NCBI RefSeq assembly: GCF_021028975.2
Contig: NC_059440.1
Coordinates: 19,096,001 to 19,160,000 of the forward strand
Reading direction: 5' to 3'
From: Sphaerodactylus townsendi
Taxonomy: Eukaryota
DNA: 64,000 bases
Below, piece by piece: positions 12,403 through 25,372 of this stretch; positions within the stretch are counted from its first letter, which is position 1; each line of letters opens with the position of its first letter. Made by a program: the position numbers and the translations under genes. The notes under the pieces were generated by a model that saw only the letters and a program-made list of their open reading frames with translations, searched no databases and had not been told where the DNA came from.

Positions 12403-13888
12403 CAGTTGCTAACAAGACGCCTCCAGGAAGCCCAAAAGCAGACCTGGAAGGCAACAACCTGCCCTGATGATTGGTGCTCAGCAATTGGCATTCAGAGGTA
12501 CACTGCCCCTGCGCGTGGAAGTTTCATTTCACGGCCAATACTGCTGTCCTCCCACAATAAACACCCTTTTTAGTGGGTGGTTTTTTCCCCCTACATGACA
12601 TCAAAGGCACAGAGAGAGGGGCTGCAATCCCTCATCTTTGAAGTTACGTTGACAGAAAGGATCTAACACTTGCGTACACCCCCGGTTCTACAGAACCTCA
12701 GCAAAGGCATTCCACCGGGGGAAAGAAACAGCACTCTCCTTTGCATCCAAAAGCGGCACTGGGAATTTTCAGCCTCCCTGTTAACAGAAGCATGTCAGCA
12801 ATGAGGTGGAACAGACCCAGTGGAAAGGCTTCTGACATCAAGAAGCAAGTCAGAGAGATGAATGGGAGACGTTTCTTCGCGGGCCTGGCACAGAGAGACA
12901 CCCAAAGGGGTTCTTGCAGCAACAGGCATCCGCCTGATCATTTCTGAATTCTGCTCAAGGGCGGAGGGCAGGCAGCTCCTCCGTTCTCTCGAGCCTCCTC
13001 CGTCAAGGAAACAAACACCCAGTCCCAATCCAGCCAGGCTCCTATAGTGCCAGTCAGTTTGGAGACAGACTCTCGGAGTGGGGCGTGGAACCACAGGTGG
13101 CTCAACACCACAACCCCAAAAAACAGAACCACAACAAGTTCCCAGGATCTGTTTTTGCAAAATATATTCTGGGGTGGAGACAGAGATTGGCCAACTCAGT
13201 AACCACACACGGGCAAGCAATGTACGCCCAAGGAAGAGCAATAATCGCTCCGCAATGTGGGAAGCTCTCTCCAGCCCCAAATTCAGCAGCCAACACTCTT
13301 CCAGCAAGCAAGATGGGGACAGGGTGCATCTTAAATTTGGAAAGAGACCCAGAGAAGGTAGCCCACAGAAGCAACTTTGGTGGGCACTCCTGGGGGAGTT
13401 GTGGCCCCAGTTGGGGCAGGCACTCACGTTTCCACTCTTATTCTGCTTGATATTTGTAAAGAAAACAAATGCTGCCACAAGTCTGAAACATATTTCCTTC
13501 TCCCTGCCGTATTCCAGACGGCAACCTTCGAACACTGATGACTTCCATTCCTTCCCCATCTCTGCCATCTTGAGCTGTCTGAATCGGCTGCTTCCCCCTT
13601 TCCCTCTCGCTGACCCCGACACCTCAGAGGGCTCCCCAGGGGATCTCACCCATGTGGCTTCACCCGGTCCATGAGGACTTGGACATTTAACATCTCAGAC
13701 TCCCCACTTATTAAACGCAAACTCTTGTGACTGACATGAACACAGGGTTGTTTCCCTGATCATCCCTCTTTTGTTTTAAATTGCAAGCGGCTCAGGGCAG
13801 AGACCCATCATCCCATCCTCTGTGATATAAGGTCCCCAACTATGGGTACCATAATGTGCACTTTGTGGCAGAGCAGCTCCTGATGCAG

Positions 13889-15355
13889 TCACCTGCCCCC
13901 TTTCTCCAGGATCCTTCACCTGCACCATCAGTGGCCGTGACTCTAGGATACGGCTGGACCGCTTCTTCTGGCAGCCACCTGCCCCTCGGAAAGCCAACCT
14001 GCCACTGCCAAGCGCCATCTGTGGACTACATCGGGAGCTGCTCTGCCACAAAGTGCCACGACGGGTGGCACAGCGCTGGGCGAACATCTGGACCACCCCC
14101 ATTTCGGTCTCCTGGAAAGCACTGTGGGAGGGGTGAGCTCTCCACTATGCTGACAACCCAGATGTAACCGGATTGCGATAGATAGAGGCTCTCTGGTGGG
14201 CATCTCTTCATACCAGTGGGCATCTCTTCATCTTTCCTGGTGTCTACTTAGTTTTTATGAATGTGGTTGGATCCAGGCGGGGCTCTTGCCCAGCATTGGC
14301 TGCTAAGTGCCATAAAAATAACATTTTTTTCCCCAGCGGTAGCTGCCTGTAAGTGTTGATTTTATTCTCTTTCTCTCTTCTTTCCCAGTGTATTTGTTAA
14401 ACTATCCATCTTCTCTCCCGCACTTGGGCTTCCTCTGTGTGGTCAGCTCTGCCTCCTAAGACAGACATTTTGTGGTGGCGCCCATGATGTCATCCGAATG
14501 CCAAAGGTGCCGACAAGCTCAAAAGGGTTAGGCTAGGGCACCAGTTACAGCCCCATGCGTGCATGCTAGAGAAGTCAGTTCTCAACAAAGTGACCCGAGG
14601 TCTCTTAGAGTCTCCAATCCTCCTTCCGCAAAAGCTGCTATTTCTCATTGGACGGGGAAAGTTGGAAGCTCAGAAAGGCCTTTGTGATCACCTGGTTCAG
14701 ACAGACGTCAATACCAAAAATACACGGAGCCGTAAGACACCGCGACTCTGAATGCCCGGGCATTCTGCCGTCTTCCACACCCACTTGCTTCTACGGATCA
14801 AATGAAATTAAGGGACAGCCACAGTGTGGAACTATCACTGGGGCTGCAAGAAAAATAACAGGTCTACGCTGATATTTGGAAGACGCCGAAGATGAGCCGA
14901 GAGAGGAACGTGGCGGCCTTGAGACCACGTTCCATCCCAGAATGGAACTGTTGTGCTGACTGCACCACGGAAAGGGTGGCAAAAGCAGGTGCAGAGGATA
15001 CCATGAACCTGATCTCAATACGTTCACCTGCTCCCTTTCTCCGGGATCCTTCACCTGCACCATCAGTGGCCATGACTCTAGGATACGGCTGGACTGCTTC
15101 TTCTGGCAGCCACCTGCCCCTCGGAAAGCCAACCTGCCACTGCCAAGCGCCATCTGGGGACTGCATCGGGAGCTGCTCTGCCACAAAGTGCCACGATGGG
15201 TGGCACAGCGCTGGGGGAACATCTGGACCACCCCCACCCCCATTTCTGTCTCCTGGAAAGCACTGTGGGAGGGGTGAGCTCTCCACTATGCTGACAACCC
15301 AGATCTAACCGGATTGCGATAGACAGAGGCTCTCTGGTGGGCATCTCTTCATACC
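13889..15355 (+). repeat. Local direct duplication of about 330 bp (13889-14214 and 15024-15355)
   Basis: Two highly similar copies 1135 bp apart in PITPNM3 intron 1. Confidence 0.92.
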
Positions 15356-15519
15356 GGTTTAAGCCAAGCACCCCCCCCCCCCCGAACGAGGCGCTTCTCT
15401 GGCTCCCAGAAAGAACATGCCACATGCTCATGGCTTGGGGTTTTTTTTGGGGGGGGGGGGCGATGCAAAACAGATCCGTGTGCAGCAGAGCTCAGGATAA
15501 GATTCTCTGTTTTTTTCAC

Positions 15520-16500
15520 AACGGGGGCACCCCCTCCGGGCCCAGAGCAAACCAAAAAGGGCGGCCGGAACCGTCCTTCCCGCACTTGGAGAGCCAAACC
15601 CCGATGCAGGGGTTGAGGGATCAGTCCGTTACCCCGGGACAATGCCCGCCGCCGCTGCTTTGCTCTGCAGCTGCAGGGCGGGGCTCGCCCCCTTTGCACT
15701 CTGCGCATGGTCTGAGGACTCTCTCCTCGAGGCGTGCCCAGGTGGGAGGGAGGCTCGGCCGCTTGACGCCTGCACCCCCACCGCCCCAAATCGCACAGCA
15801 GGGGGTGGGGGGTAGGAGAAGCACCCTATGGAGGAGGGGGGGCTGCATTTGCATTCGGGGCCAAAGCGGCTGCCCGGGGCGCGAGAGGCGCGCCTGGCTG
15901 CGGTGCTGCTCCGGAGCCGCTCCGGAGCCACCGGAGCGGAGCGTCCCGGGCGGGCGGGCGGGCTGGCCGGTGCGGGCTGCGACTCACCTCGGGGCGGCGG
16001 TCCGGTGGCCATCGCCTCCCGCTGCTTGCGGTGCAAACCCGGCCGGGCGTCTCGGCTGCCGCCCTGCCCGTCTCCGGAGCTGCGTCTCGCTTAGCCTGGC
16101 CCCTTCTCCCCCCCCCCTCCCCGCCGCCGCCTTTAAAGGCGCCGCAGCCAATTCGCTGCAAGGGGAGGGGCACAGCCCACCGCCCCAAAGTCCGCGGGGG
16201 AGCCCCTCCGCCTTCCCCACGCAGTGGCTCTCCAATGCCAAGGGTCGATGTGTGTAAAAGGATGGGGGTCCTTTTTCCTTTGACGCTGACCTCGCAGAAA
16301 CCTGGAGGGGGCGCTTTGCCAGCCCCGCACCTCTTCCAAATTTCTGCCCGTCACGCCTCTGTTGGGAAAGCCCTGAGAGGGGAGCGGCTGTTGGGCTTAG
16401 ACCACCCCCCCGCCCTCCCACACGCACCTCCCTTTCCCGGCTCTTCCCTTTGCTCAAACCCATTTCAGCCGCCAAGGGCAGCTAAAGCCCCCTCCGCACT
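15520..16500. promoter_or_regulatory. CpG island / promoter of PITPNM3
   Basis: Very GC- and CpG-rich stretch with GC boxes and a GCCAAT near 16147, surrounding the candidate first exon. Confidence 0.75.
15988..16012 (-). CDS. PITPNM3: PITPNM3 (Nir1) first coding exon, MATGPPPR(G); rest of gene lies left of the window
   Basis: ATG at 16012 in good context (GCGATGG), 25-nt phase-1 exon ending GAG|GTGAGT inside a CpG island. Human PITPNM3 has a similarly tiny phase-1 first exon and lies just downstream of KIAA0753 on the same strand. The call rests on synteny and exon architecture, not protein similarity. Confidence 0.7.
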
Positions 16501-16719
16501 CGTTACGAGAGAGGAAGCAGCAGAGCATGTGTAGAGTCCGAAATGCATTCCCTCGCTTTAACCATTTGACATAGCTGCCTCTTTGCTACAGAGCTCTCCC
16601 AGACCTCTCGCACTCCATATGAAATATCGTTTGGGCGACAGGTTCGGGTGTCCCTCCCACCACACTTCCTTCTCTCCTCAAGTACATACCCAAGTAGACT
16701 CCTCCATCTCTTGGGTTGC

Positions 16720-16932
16720 CAAGGAAGGGGAGGGAGTGAGGGGTGGCATGCAAGGAAGGGGAGGGGGCTGGGCAGCTGGACATGGTCCACCCACCCTAGC
16801 GGAGGGGAGGGTGGCATGCATAGGAAGGGGAGGGAGGGAGGGGTGGCATGCAAGGGAAGGGGAGGGAGGAGGAGGGTCCTGGCCTCTGGAGCGAGGGGTG
16901 GCATGCAAGGAAGGGGAGGGAGGAGGAGGGAG
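16720..16932 (+). repeat. G-rich minisatellite (GGGGTGGCATGCAAGGAAGGGGAGGG-like, 4 copies)
   Basis: Repeated purine-rich units with multiple G-runs. Confidence 0.8.
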
Positions 16933-17224
16933 AAATTCCTGTAGTTTTGGGGTTGGAAAATTCCTGTAGATTTGGGGCTGGAGCGTGCAGAGAGTAGAGT
17001 TTGGGGAAGTGGGACCTCAGCAGGTAGAATGCCAGAGTCCACCCTCCAATGCAACCATTTCCTCCAGGAATTTCTCTGTCACCCGGACGATCTCTGTCCT
17101 CCGGAGATCAGTTGTTATTCCAAGAAATCTCCAGGTCTCATCTGGAGGTTGGCAACTGTATCCCCCACCGCCTCATCCTTTGACAAAACACAATACTTTT
17201 TAACTAGTACCCCACAGTGCCCAA

Positions 17225-17445
17225 ATGAGTGGGTTCTAGATCAAATTGAGCCCTAAAAGCTAAAAGGACTAAACAGGCTATCATGCTGTGGTTGCATCAT
17301 GAGAACCCAGGCACTGGAAAAGTCAATAATACTAGGAAAAGCTGAAGGCATCAAGAGAAGCGGAAGACCCAAGATGAGATGGATTGACTCAATGAAGACC
17401 CAAGATGCGCTCAGTTTGCAAGACCAGAGCCGGGCTGGTCTTGCA
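17225..17445 (+). mobile_element. RTE/BovB LINE 3' fragment
   Basis: LEKSIILGKAEG..RSGRPKMRWID matches the RTE ORF C-terminus. Confidence 0.8.
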
Positions 17446-17466
17446 AACTGTTCTTGCGAGGAGTTT

Positions 17467-17642
17467 GCCCTGAGCTCTCTTTGAGGCTATGCGCGTGCCA
17501 TGCGTTGTCGAGTCGTTTCCATCTTATGTCGACCCTATGAATTACCTCCAAAAGATCCTATCGTTAATTCATAGGGTCGCCATAAGATGGAAACGACTCG
17601 ACAACGCATGACACGCACATATCCCCAAAGACAGCTCAGGGC
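17467..17642. repeat. Long inverted repeat, 78-bp arms with a 20-nt loop
   Basis: Arms 17467-17544 and 17565-17642, 6 mismatches. Confidence 0.95.
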
Positions 17643-17859
17643 GTGTTCCTAGCACCCAGTATTACCACAGCAAAACCACCACCAAGAAGATTAAGGAAGG
17701 TACATTAAAACAAATGGATGTGCTTCCTGTTATCATCAACAAAGATATGTGTGTGTGTGTGTGTGTGTGTGTGAGATTAGATAGATGGCAAAACACAGCA
17801 GAGGGAAGTCCCCTTCGAAAAGGAGCGGGGATGAAATTATGCCTCTCTTCATGGCTGGG

Positions 17860-18290
17860 GGAAGTTACCTGAAGGACTGCCTATTCCCATATCAACCTGC
17901 CCATTCGCAAAGTTCATTCGCAGAAGGCGATCTCTCCATCCCATCTGTATCTGTACATCTAATAGGGACCTGAAACAGAGCCTTTTTGGTGCTGGCGCCC
18001 AAACTTTGGAACGCCCTTCCTACGGAAACCCGGTGTGCTCTTTCCTTGCTCTCCTTCCATCGTCAGGTAAAGACGTTTTTATTTCGAACAGCATTGAACA
18101 TCTAGATTTTAGCAAGCAGCGATTTATGTTTGATAGGTTATTTATTTTTTATGATACGGTGTAATTTCATTGCATTGCACTGGGTTTTATTGTTACTGTT
18201 TTATTGTCATTGTATTACTGTATTTGATTGTACTGTGTAAGTCACCTTGAATGTGGCTATAGAAAGGTGGGGAATAAATACTTTTAATAG
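17860..18290 (+). mobile_element. L2 LINE 3' fragment
   Basis: RAFLVLAPKLWNALP-like peptide and AT-rich 3'UTR ending in AATAAATA. Confidence 0.7.
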
Positions 18291-19387
18291 ATAAACAGCT
18301 CCCACTATGGTCATGCAGCTATATGCATTGCTTTGGGGCTGGAAAGCTCGCTGCTTTCTACAGCTAGTTTGGTGGCTGGTGGCTGCTGGAAATTGCATGG
18401 CATTGGCAAGTAAGCCCTTTCGTTGGAGCAAAGGATAGGACTGTGAGCAAATCTCTGTTGGGGTGTGTGTGAGATGCTCTCATCAGGAAACGTCTCCCCT
18501 GACTGCCCGTCCTGCAGTGCAGGCTGCCATAATTTATAGTTGGCTGCCTAAAAAAGACCCTGCTGGCATAGTTTAAGAGAGATGTATGCTTTGAAGAAGC
18601 AGTAAAAAGCTCACTGTTTAGTAAGAGGCAGCAATTGTGACTCACTGCCGGGCTGGAAGGGAAGAGCCGCTGAGCTCATCCCGGTGGGGGTCATATGAAG
18701 AAACCGAAGAGTTTGGATTTATACTACACCCCCCCTTTCTCTCCTGTAAGGAGACTCAAAGGGGCTTACAAGCTCCTTTCCCTTCCCCTCCCCACCACAG
18801 ACACCTTGTGAGGCAGGTGGGGCTGAGAGAGTTCCAAAGAACTGTGACTAGCCCAGCAGGAATGTAGGAGTGCAGAAACACATCTGGTTCACCGGATAAG
18901 CTTCTGCCATTCAGGTGGAGGAATGGGGAATCAAACCCAGTTCTCCAGATTAGAATCTACCTGCTCTTAACCACTACACCACGCTGGCCTGAATTGGGGA
19001 GGGGATCCTTCTGGACATTATACTACCAATGGCTGCCAGTAGGTTGGATGTCAACAGGCAGCTGTCAGCAGACGTCAGCGCACCTATAGGTTTTCTCATT
19101 CACATGTTATGTTGTGAGTGTACACTGCAAGGGTTGGGGGGGGGCACTTTGACACAGAGAGTCACAATACGCAGCCATTAAAGGTGGCTGTAGCTGATAG
19201 TGGTCTGTCAGACAAAACCAAAACGGAGACCGACCCGCACCCACCGTGGCTCAAAAGGACAGGGTTAACTTTGCATGCAGAAGACCACACGTTCAATCCC
19301 CAGCGTCTCCAGTTAAAAGGGTCCGGTAGAAGGGGATGTGAAAGACCTGCTTCTGAGACCCTGGAAAGCCGCTGCACGTAACAGTAC

Positions 19388-19525
19388 CAGGGATCTGCAA
19401 CCTGCAGCTCTCCAGATGTCCATGGACTACAATTCCCATCAGCCATGCCAATTGGCCATGATGGCAGGGGCTGATGGGATTTGTGGTCCATGAACATCTG
19501 GAGAGTCGCAGGTTGCAGACCCCTG
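19388..19525. mobile_element. Palindromic hAT-derived MITE nested in an older SINE
   Basis: CAGGG...CCCTG ends, self-complementary body (GGACTACAATTCCCATCAGCC); copies at about 22239-22333, 25650-25773, 27843-27920. Confidence 0.8.
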
Positions 19526-21076
19526 CTAGACAATGCTGACCTCGATGGGCTGATCCAGTTGAAGGCAGCTTTATGTACTCATCATCAGACATCCTCTTGG
19601 GAGTAAGCAGGAAAAGCTGCGTGCTTGATGATGATGCTGCCAGAAAAAAAGAAGCCCTAACACTGTCTCTTCCTCAAGGTCACAAGCCCTTTTGGCAGCC
19701 TTCAAATTAAAATCTGACACAATTAAGTGGGCACCAGAGACACTCGTAACCATCTGTGCTTTCAAGTAGGATTTGTCCAACCTGAAGCCTGTAAAACACA
19801 CACACACACACACACACACAGACTACGCAAGTCTGGGGAAAATTGGTTCCTATAGTTCCTTCCCTAGCCTTGTAACACTTCCCAGGCATCGCACTGGTGT
19901 TAATTGCTGTGCCGAATCCTACAGGGCGGCTGAAAAAACTGACAAGTGTTGAAGCCGGCAGAAACCCACAGCTGTCCGTCACTCATTCACGAAAGATTGC
20001 TCGCCGCCCCCATTTTCTGTGACCCCCTTTCGTTTCTGCTTTACAAGTTGGCATTAAAAAGAGAGAGAAAGAGAGACACTGTTCACGGCCCACCCGCGCA
20101 TCAAGTTTAATCGACGCTCATTTATTTCCTTATTCAGAAAACAAAATTGTTTCACCACAGAGGAGGAACGACGGGCAGTTTCGAAAGCGTGACTTGCGGT
20201 GGCTGTTCTTCGCCCAGCTTTCCAAACCTGGAGGGAGATGGGCGGAGAGTGTTCCACGAAAAGCTTCTCTGTTGATTAATCCCTTTCAGGCTGTTGCCCT
20301 GCACCTTGAAGGGAGCCAGACCCCCTTCTGTCCAAACAGAGGCGCACTCAAGTTCCACCCTCAATTAAAACAGAGCTAAAGCTCTACACTATAGGAACAG
20401 CGTTTTTGGCCCAGCACTGAGGGAGGTAGCAGAAAAAAAGCCATAGAGCTGGCAAAGGGCCTCAGAAGTCAGTGAGCCCCTGCCTATGAAGAGACAAAGC
20501 CAAGATCCATACATGGTCAAGAGTCACCAGATATCTGGAGCCACTGGCATAACAAGGGGGGACTGGGGGAGCAGAGCCCCTGGCACCACTTCCGGGGGGG
20601 GGTGCATTTCCACCACACCTCCTCACAACCGCACCCCAGCCCAGTTCCCTATATCCTCTTCAACTGCCATACAAGCCTGCGTCCCTTCCTCTTCTCTGCT
20701 TGGCCTGTGGAGAGCCGAGCATTATGTAATGGTTAAGAGCAGTGGACTCTAATTTGCAGAGCCGGGTTTGATTCCCCTCTCTTTGACGTGAGCAGCACAT
20801 TCTTATCTGGAGACCCGGGTTTGTTTCCCCACTCCTCCACATAAGGCTTGCTGGGTGACCTTGGGCTAGTCACAGTTCTCCCAGAACTCTCTTAGCCCCA
20901 CCTACCTCACAAGGTGCCTGTTGTAGGGAAGAGACAGGAAGGCAACCATAAGCCACGTTGAGAGTCCTAAATATAGACAAAAGCGGGGTATGGAAAACTA
21001 ACTCTCCTTCTGCTGTCCTGGAGTATACCCCACAGGGTCTGTATCTTGCACAGTAATGTACTTTGCAACTTGCATG

Positions 21077-21395
21077 GAGAGCCAATGTGGTGTGGTGGTT
21101 AAGAGCAGGTACACTCTAATCTGAGGAACTGGGTTTAATTCCCTGCTCTACCACTTGAGCTGTGGAGGCTTAGCTGGTGAACCGGATTAGCTTGTGCACT
21201 CCCACACACGCCAGCTGGGTGGCCTTGAGCTAGTCACTGTTCTTCAGAGCTCTCTCAGCCCCACCCACCTCACAGGGGTTTTTTGGGGGGGGGGAGGGAA
21301 AGGAGATTGTAAGCCCCTTTGAGGCTCCTTACAGGAAAGAAAGGGGGGATATAAATCCAAACTCCTCCTCCTCCCTCTTCTTCTCCTCCTCCTCT
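21077..21395 (+). mobile_element. tRNA-derived SINE subfamily A (in tandem with a variant at 20710-21010)
   Basis: Full head and tail; further copies at 29540-29841(-), 39909-40204(-), 54635-54998(+). Confidence 0.85.
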
Positions 21396-23892
21396 GGGGC
21401 ACAGCTTGGCATGCAGAAGGTCCCAAGTTCAGTCCCTGGAGTACCCAATTAAAAGGATCAGGTGGTAGATGGTGCAAAAAACCTTAACCAGAGACCTTGG
21501 AGAGCCGAAATCATAGGATGCTAACCTTGATAGATTGGTGGTCTGCTTAACCGTGCTGTTCCTTCTACAGTGCTTAACCGTGCCGTTCCATCTTTAAATC
21601 TATCCCACAATCCACGCCAAATTCAGGCAAATAAAACAATGCTTTTTCAATGTTGTTTAAAGAGAGCCCATGAGGCTTCCACCCCACCTTCAAAATCCAT
21701 TTGATTCCGGGGGGAGCGGGGGTGGTAGAATTGTCATGGTACCCCTGGGACGTGCTCATGGCACCCCAGGGTACCACGGAACCCTGGTTGGGAATCACTG
21801 GACTAGAGGCTTAAAAAGTTACTCGGCTGGGCAAAAACCAATGGTTGCTTAGTACCTCCTGCAGCTCGAACAGCTGGCTGTAGGCTTGCTCGCAGTACGT
21901 GCTGGAGCCTACAGACTCCCCCACAGCTGAAACTGCCAAACAGGACCGGTGACCCTGCAGTCAGCCGCGTCATCTCTTTTCTCTCCCCAATAGGATCAGC
22001 CTCTAATTATCTTTTCAAATCCCATAGCGTTTGCCACAGCTTGGGGTGGGGGTGGGGATGCTTAAAAACGCCGGGAAGCTGCCCAGCCGGATGACTCACA
22101 CCACAGAAAAGGGAAATCAATAGACTCTGCTTGATTAAGGGCAGGCTGGTTGAGTGGAATTCCCTTGGGGGCAGCCACCGTGCCACGCTCTCGATAGTCT
22201 CCAAGCAGGCCTCTTTGGGGTTGGGCGACGGCTTGGGCCAGGGGTGGCCAACTCTGGCGCTTCAGATGTTCATGGACTACAATTCCCATCAGCCCCTGCT
22301 GGCCATCTGAAGCACCCGAGTTGGACACCTCTGGCTGAGGCCCTTTGTGAGCCTGTCCCCACCACGGGCCAGGCGTCTGTATGGAACAGATGGCTGTAAA
22401 AAAGAGAAAAAGAGCAACTGTAACAAGGAAGCAAATGAAGCGGTAGAAAAAGAGGATCCCCCCCCCCCCCGGAGAATTGGTTTTGAGGAGAGATGGAACA
22501 TGACAGGTAAAGGTGCCTCAGGATGTGAGAAGGGGTGCAACTGGAGCTGCCAACCTCTAGGGGGTGGCTGGAGATAGCCCACTATTACAACTGATCTCCG
22601 GGCAACAGAGATCAGTTCATCTGTTCAAAAGGGCAGTTTTGGAAGGCGGGCACTATGGCGTTAATGGCGGGAGGATCGCCTGACATCAAAAGGGGTCTTG
22701 GCTTCTGCTGTTAATGGGTCTTTCTCTACTTTCGGTTCCCCACTGTCGTTGTGCTTTTTAACTTGTAGTAGTGTAGATTTTTAACTTGTAGTAGACAGCT
22801 TGTAGTAATGTAGATACCAGTTGGACTGATAGCTGTTCATATGGCCGTGAGAGGCAACGGCTTTTGCATTCCTGTTCTGCACTGCTTTTGCTTTGATATT
22901 TCCGGGGGATGGGAAGAAGGGGGGGGGGTACACTGTTGGACTTAAAAAGGGTGCCTGGAAAGCAGTGACGTAGGTATACATTTTTTATGGGGTGGGTTCA
23001 GTGACTGAGGGCTTTCCGGCTATTCCATTCCATGCATTGTTTCAAGCAAGCTGGACATGTAATGGGAGGGGCTTGAACCCAGGGAAACTCCTCCCGCCCT
23101 TACCTATATCCCTGCTGGGAAGCCAGTCTCTAGAACTGGCTTTTTCTATACCTGTGCTGTCATCTGTCAATAAAGGCTTTTGAGTGAAATCACTTGAGTC
23201 CACTATTGATTGCAGATCCGGGGCTTGACAGTTATGTCCCATTGAAGTCCCTCCTTTCCCCAAACCCTGCCCCCCTCAGGCTCCACCCCCAAAATCTCCA
23301 CATATTTCCCCAGCCAGCGCTGGCAACCCTCGGTCTAGCAGAGACGCTAAACTGGATATCAGAGGGATTCCTCTTAAAGCAAGGGGGGGCAGAGAAATCA
23401 GGCTACAAAAGCTGCCACCTTCCCCAGCCAGACTTTCACGGAAGCAAGATTAAGCCCAGTGTTTGAAGAAAAAAAGGCCCAGGGGCAGCCAAAGACCCCA
23501 GCCCCCCCACCCTTGCTCCTCTCATTGTAGCTCCTCCTCAAGTGCTCAAGGAGGCAACGTCTCTGTTTAGAAATCTGCAGAACAGCAGGTTCGATCCTGT
23601 AAAAACAGAGGGATGTTTGATCTCCTTGCTGGCAGATAGGCAGCAACTCAGATACTTTGAAGGACAAGGGCTCTCATGCAGCTTATACTGGGGACAAAAA
23701 CCAGGCATTTTTGTCCACATGCCCTTAATTATGCCAGCCTTAAAATCCACATTGCTGTCTTTTGTCCAAATGTCCCAAGAGCCTGAATACTCTGCAGTGT
23801 GGCCAGATAATAGTTTGGTAATGAACAACTGGCCCGTCTGAAAATAGTCCCGTACGAATACAAGCACAAACGTTAGCATATGGAAATGCCTG

Positions 23893-23898
23893 TTTATT
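23893..23898 (-). terminator. Candidate polyadenylation signal of KIAA0753
   Basis: AATAAA on the minus strand at the end of an AT-rich 3'UTR-like tract about 1.35 kb past the stop. Confidence 0.45.
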
Positions 23899-25254
23899 AA
23901 TACTTTTCACATTTCAAAAAAACAAAATATTGAGTTATCACCCTACAGCACAATCCTGAGTACACTGACAGCCCAATCCTATGCAATTACTCCAGTCTCA
24001 GTCTGCTGAAATGATCGGGCTTACGCTGGAGTAACTCTTAAGATTGCACGGCTATCTGTTGAACGAAGCAACTCATCACAGAATTGTGTTGCTAATGTAC
24101 AAGAACGACCGCTGCCTCTTAAATATTGCTTTGATACAAACACTGTTATTTTAAAAAACCCTGACAATCACATATTATTGAGATAAAGATTTAATATATA
24201 CATATATTAAAACATTATTCAAGTAAACTTATGTCTCTTCCTGAGCACTGGAATATTACTCACGGTGGCTATAGGCTGAAAGAGTTGATGTCAGAAGGTC
24301 CAAAGAGCACTTTGCCCAATGGTATCTTTCCTTTGCACCTGGAGAACAGGAAGCCAGAATGGCCATGACTGACAGGAAATCAGCCAATGGGAAGGAACAC
24401 TGAGGTCTTGCTGGCACAGGAAGTATTCCTGTCCCCCAGCACCCAAGATCACACCAAGCAGGTTCACTGTGGGTTGCAATGCAGCAAATACCCACATGGA
24501 GCTTTGTTATTTCTGTTTAAGTTACAAGCTGACATACAGTGTAAGCCCCTTTGAGTCCTCTCTGCCTCCCGCCCCCAAATATGCTCAGCCCTTCGAAGGA
24601 CTGCTTCCCACCAGTGTGGAAGCAAGGACTTCAGATCATCTCAAGCTCTTCTCACAAAGCAGGAGGAAGGTCTTACAGGGTACTCCACAAATACGGTCCA
24701 GCCTTTGTGGATCTTGAGCCCCCAAACTGCAGAGGAAGCCCCGAAGAGAAGACAAAGAAAGGTTTATTCACAAAGCCTTGCTGGTGAACCCAAAGCAATC
24801 AGTGGTTAGACTCTGTGTCGCTCAGTGATTTAAGAGATCAAGCTGCCCCGTGTTTCAGCGAGGTTGCACCTTATTGTGAGTGAAGCAGCTACACACAGAG
24901 GACTAAGAGGTCGTGAGTCATTTGAGGTTGTGTGCAAAATCCAGAGAAACACGATGAGCCAGAAGTATGATCCATATGGCTTCTATTGCAGGGACTGAGG
25001 GGGTAAGAGCCCGTTCCAAAACTCCCAGTATCATTCATTTTTTCAAAATTACACCCAGACAGTTTCATCAACAAGGCACAATGGAGTGTGGCACGGGAAT
25101 AGTCAAATCCCCTCACCGAGATATTGCCCACATGAAGTTCAGGCAGAGTCAGGCAGGAAGAGTTCTTTGCGATGGTAGCCCGATACCATTTCTTCAGAAA
25201 GATGACTGAGCCAGTACAGCTGAGCTCAGTCGACAGCCGCAAAGCTAGTCCCCG

Positions 25255-25372
25255 TCACTCGGCAGCCTCCAAGAACTCGGAGGTAAAGACGGCTTCCGCG
25301 TAATCCTCACACAGGTCTTGCAGCTCGGCCGCCACGTCCGCCAGGGCTTCCTCTGTCACCTCCTCTGCCAAA
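25255..25372 (-). CDS. KIAA0753: KIAA0753 last coding exon ([38 protein letters not shown])
   Basis: Near-identical to the human C-terminus; TGA at 25255-25257. Confidence 0.95.

Noticed and set aside
12795-13649. 284-aa minus-strand ORF and overlapping plus-strand ORFs
   Set aside because: No recognisable domain and no consistent splice context; intronic to PITPNM3; likely chance ORFs
15337-16534. Long ORFs (306, 167 and 163 aa) over the CpG island
   Set aside because: Stop-poor GC-rich promoter DNA giving low-complexity P/G/R/A peptides
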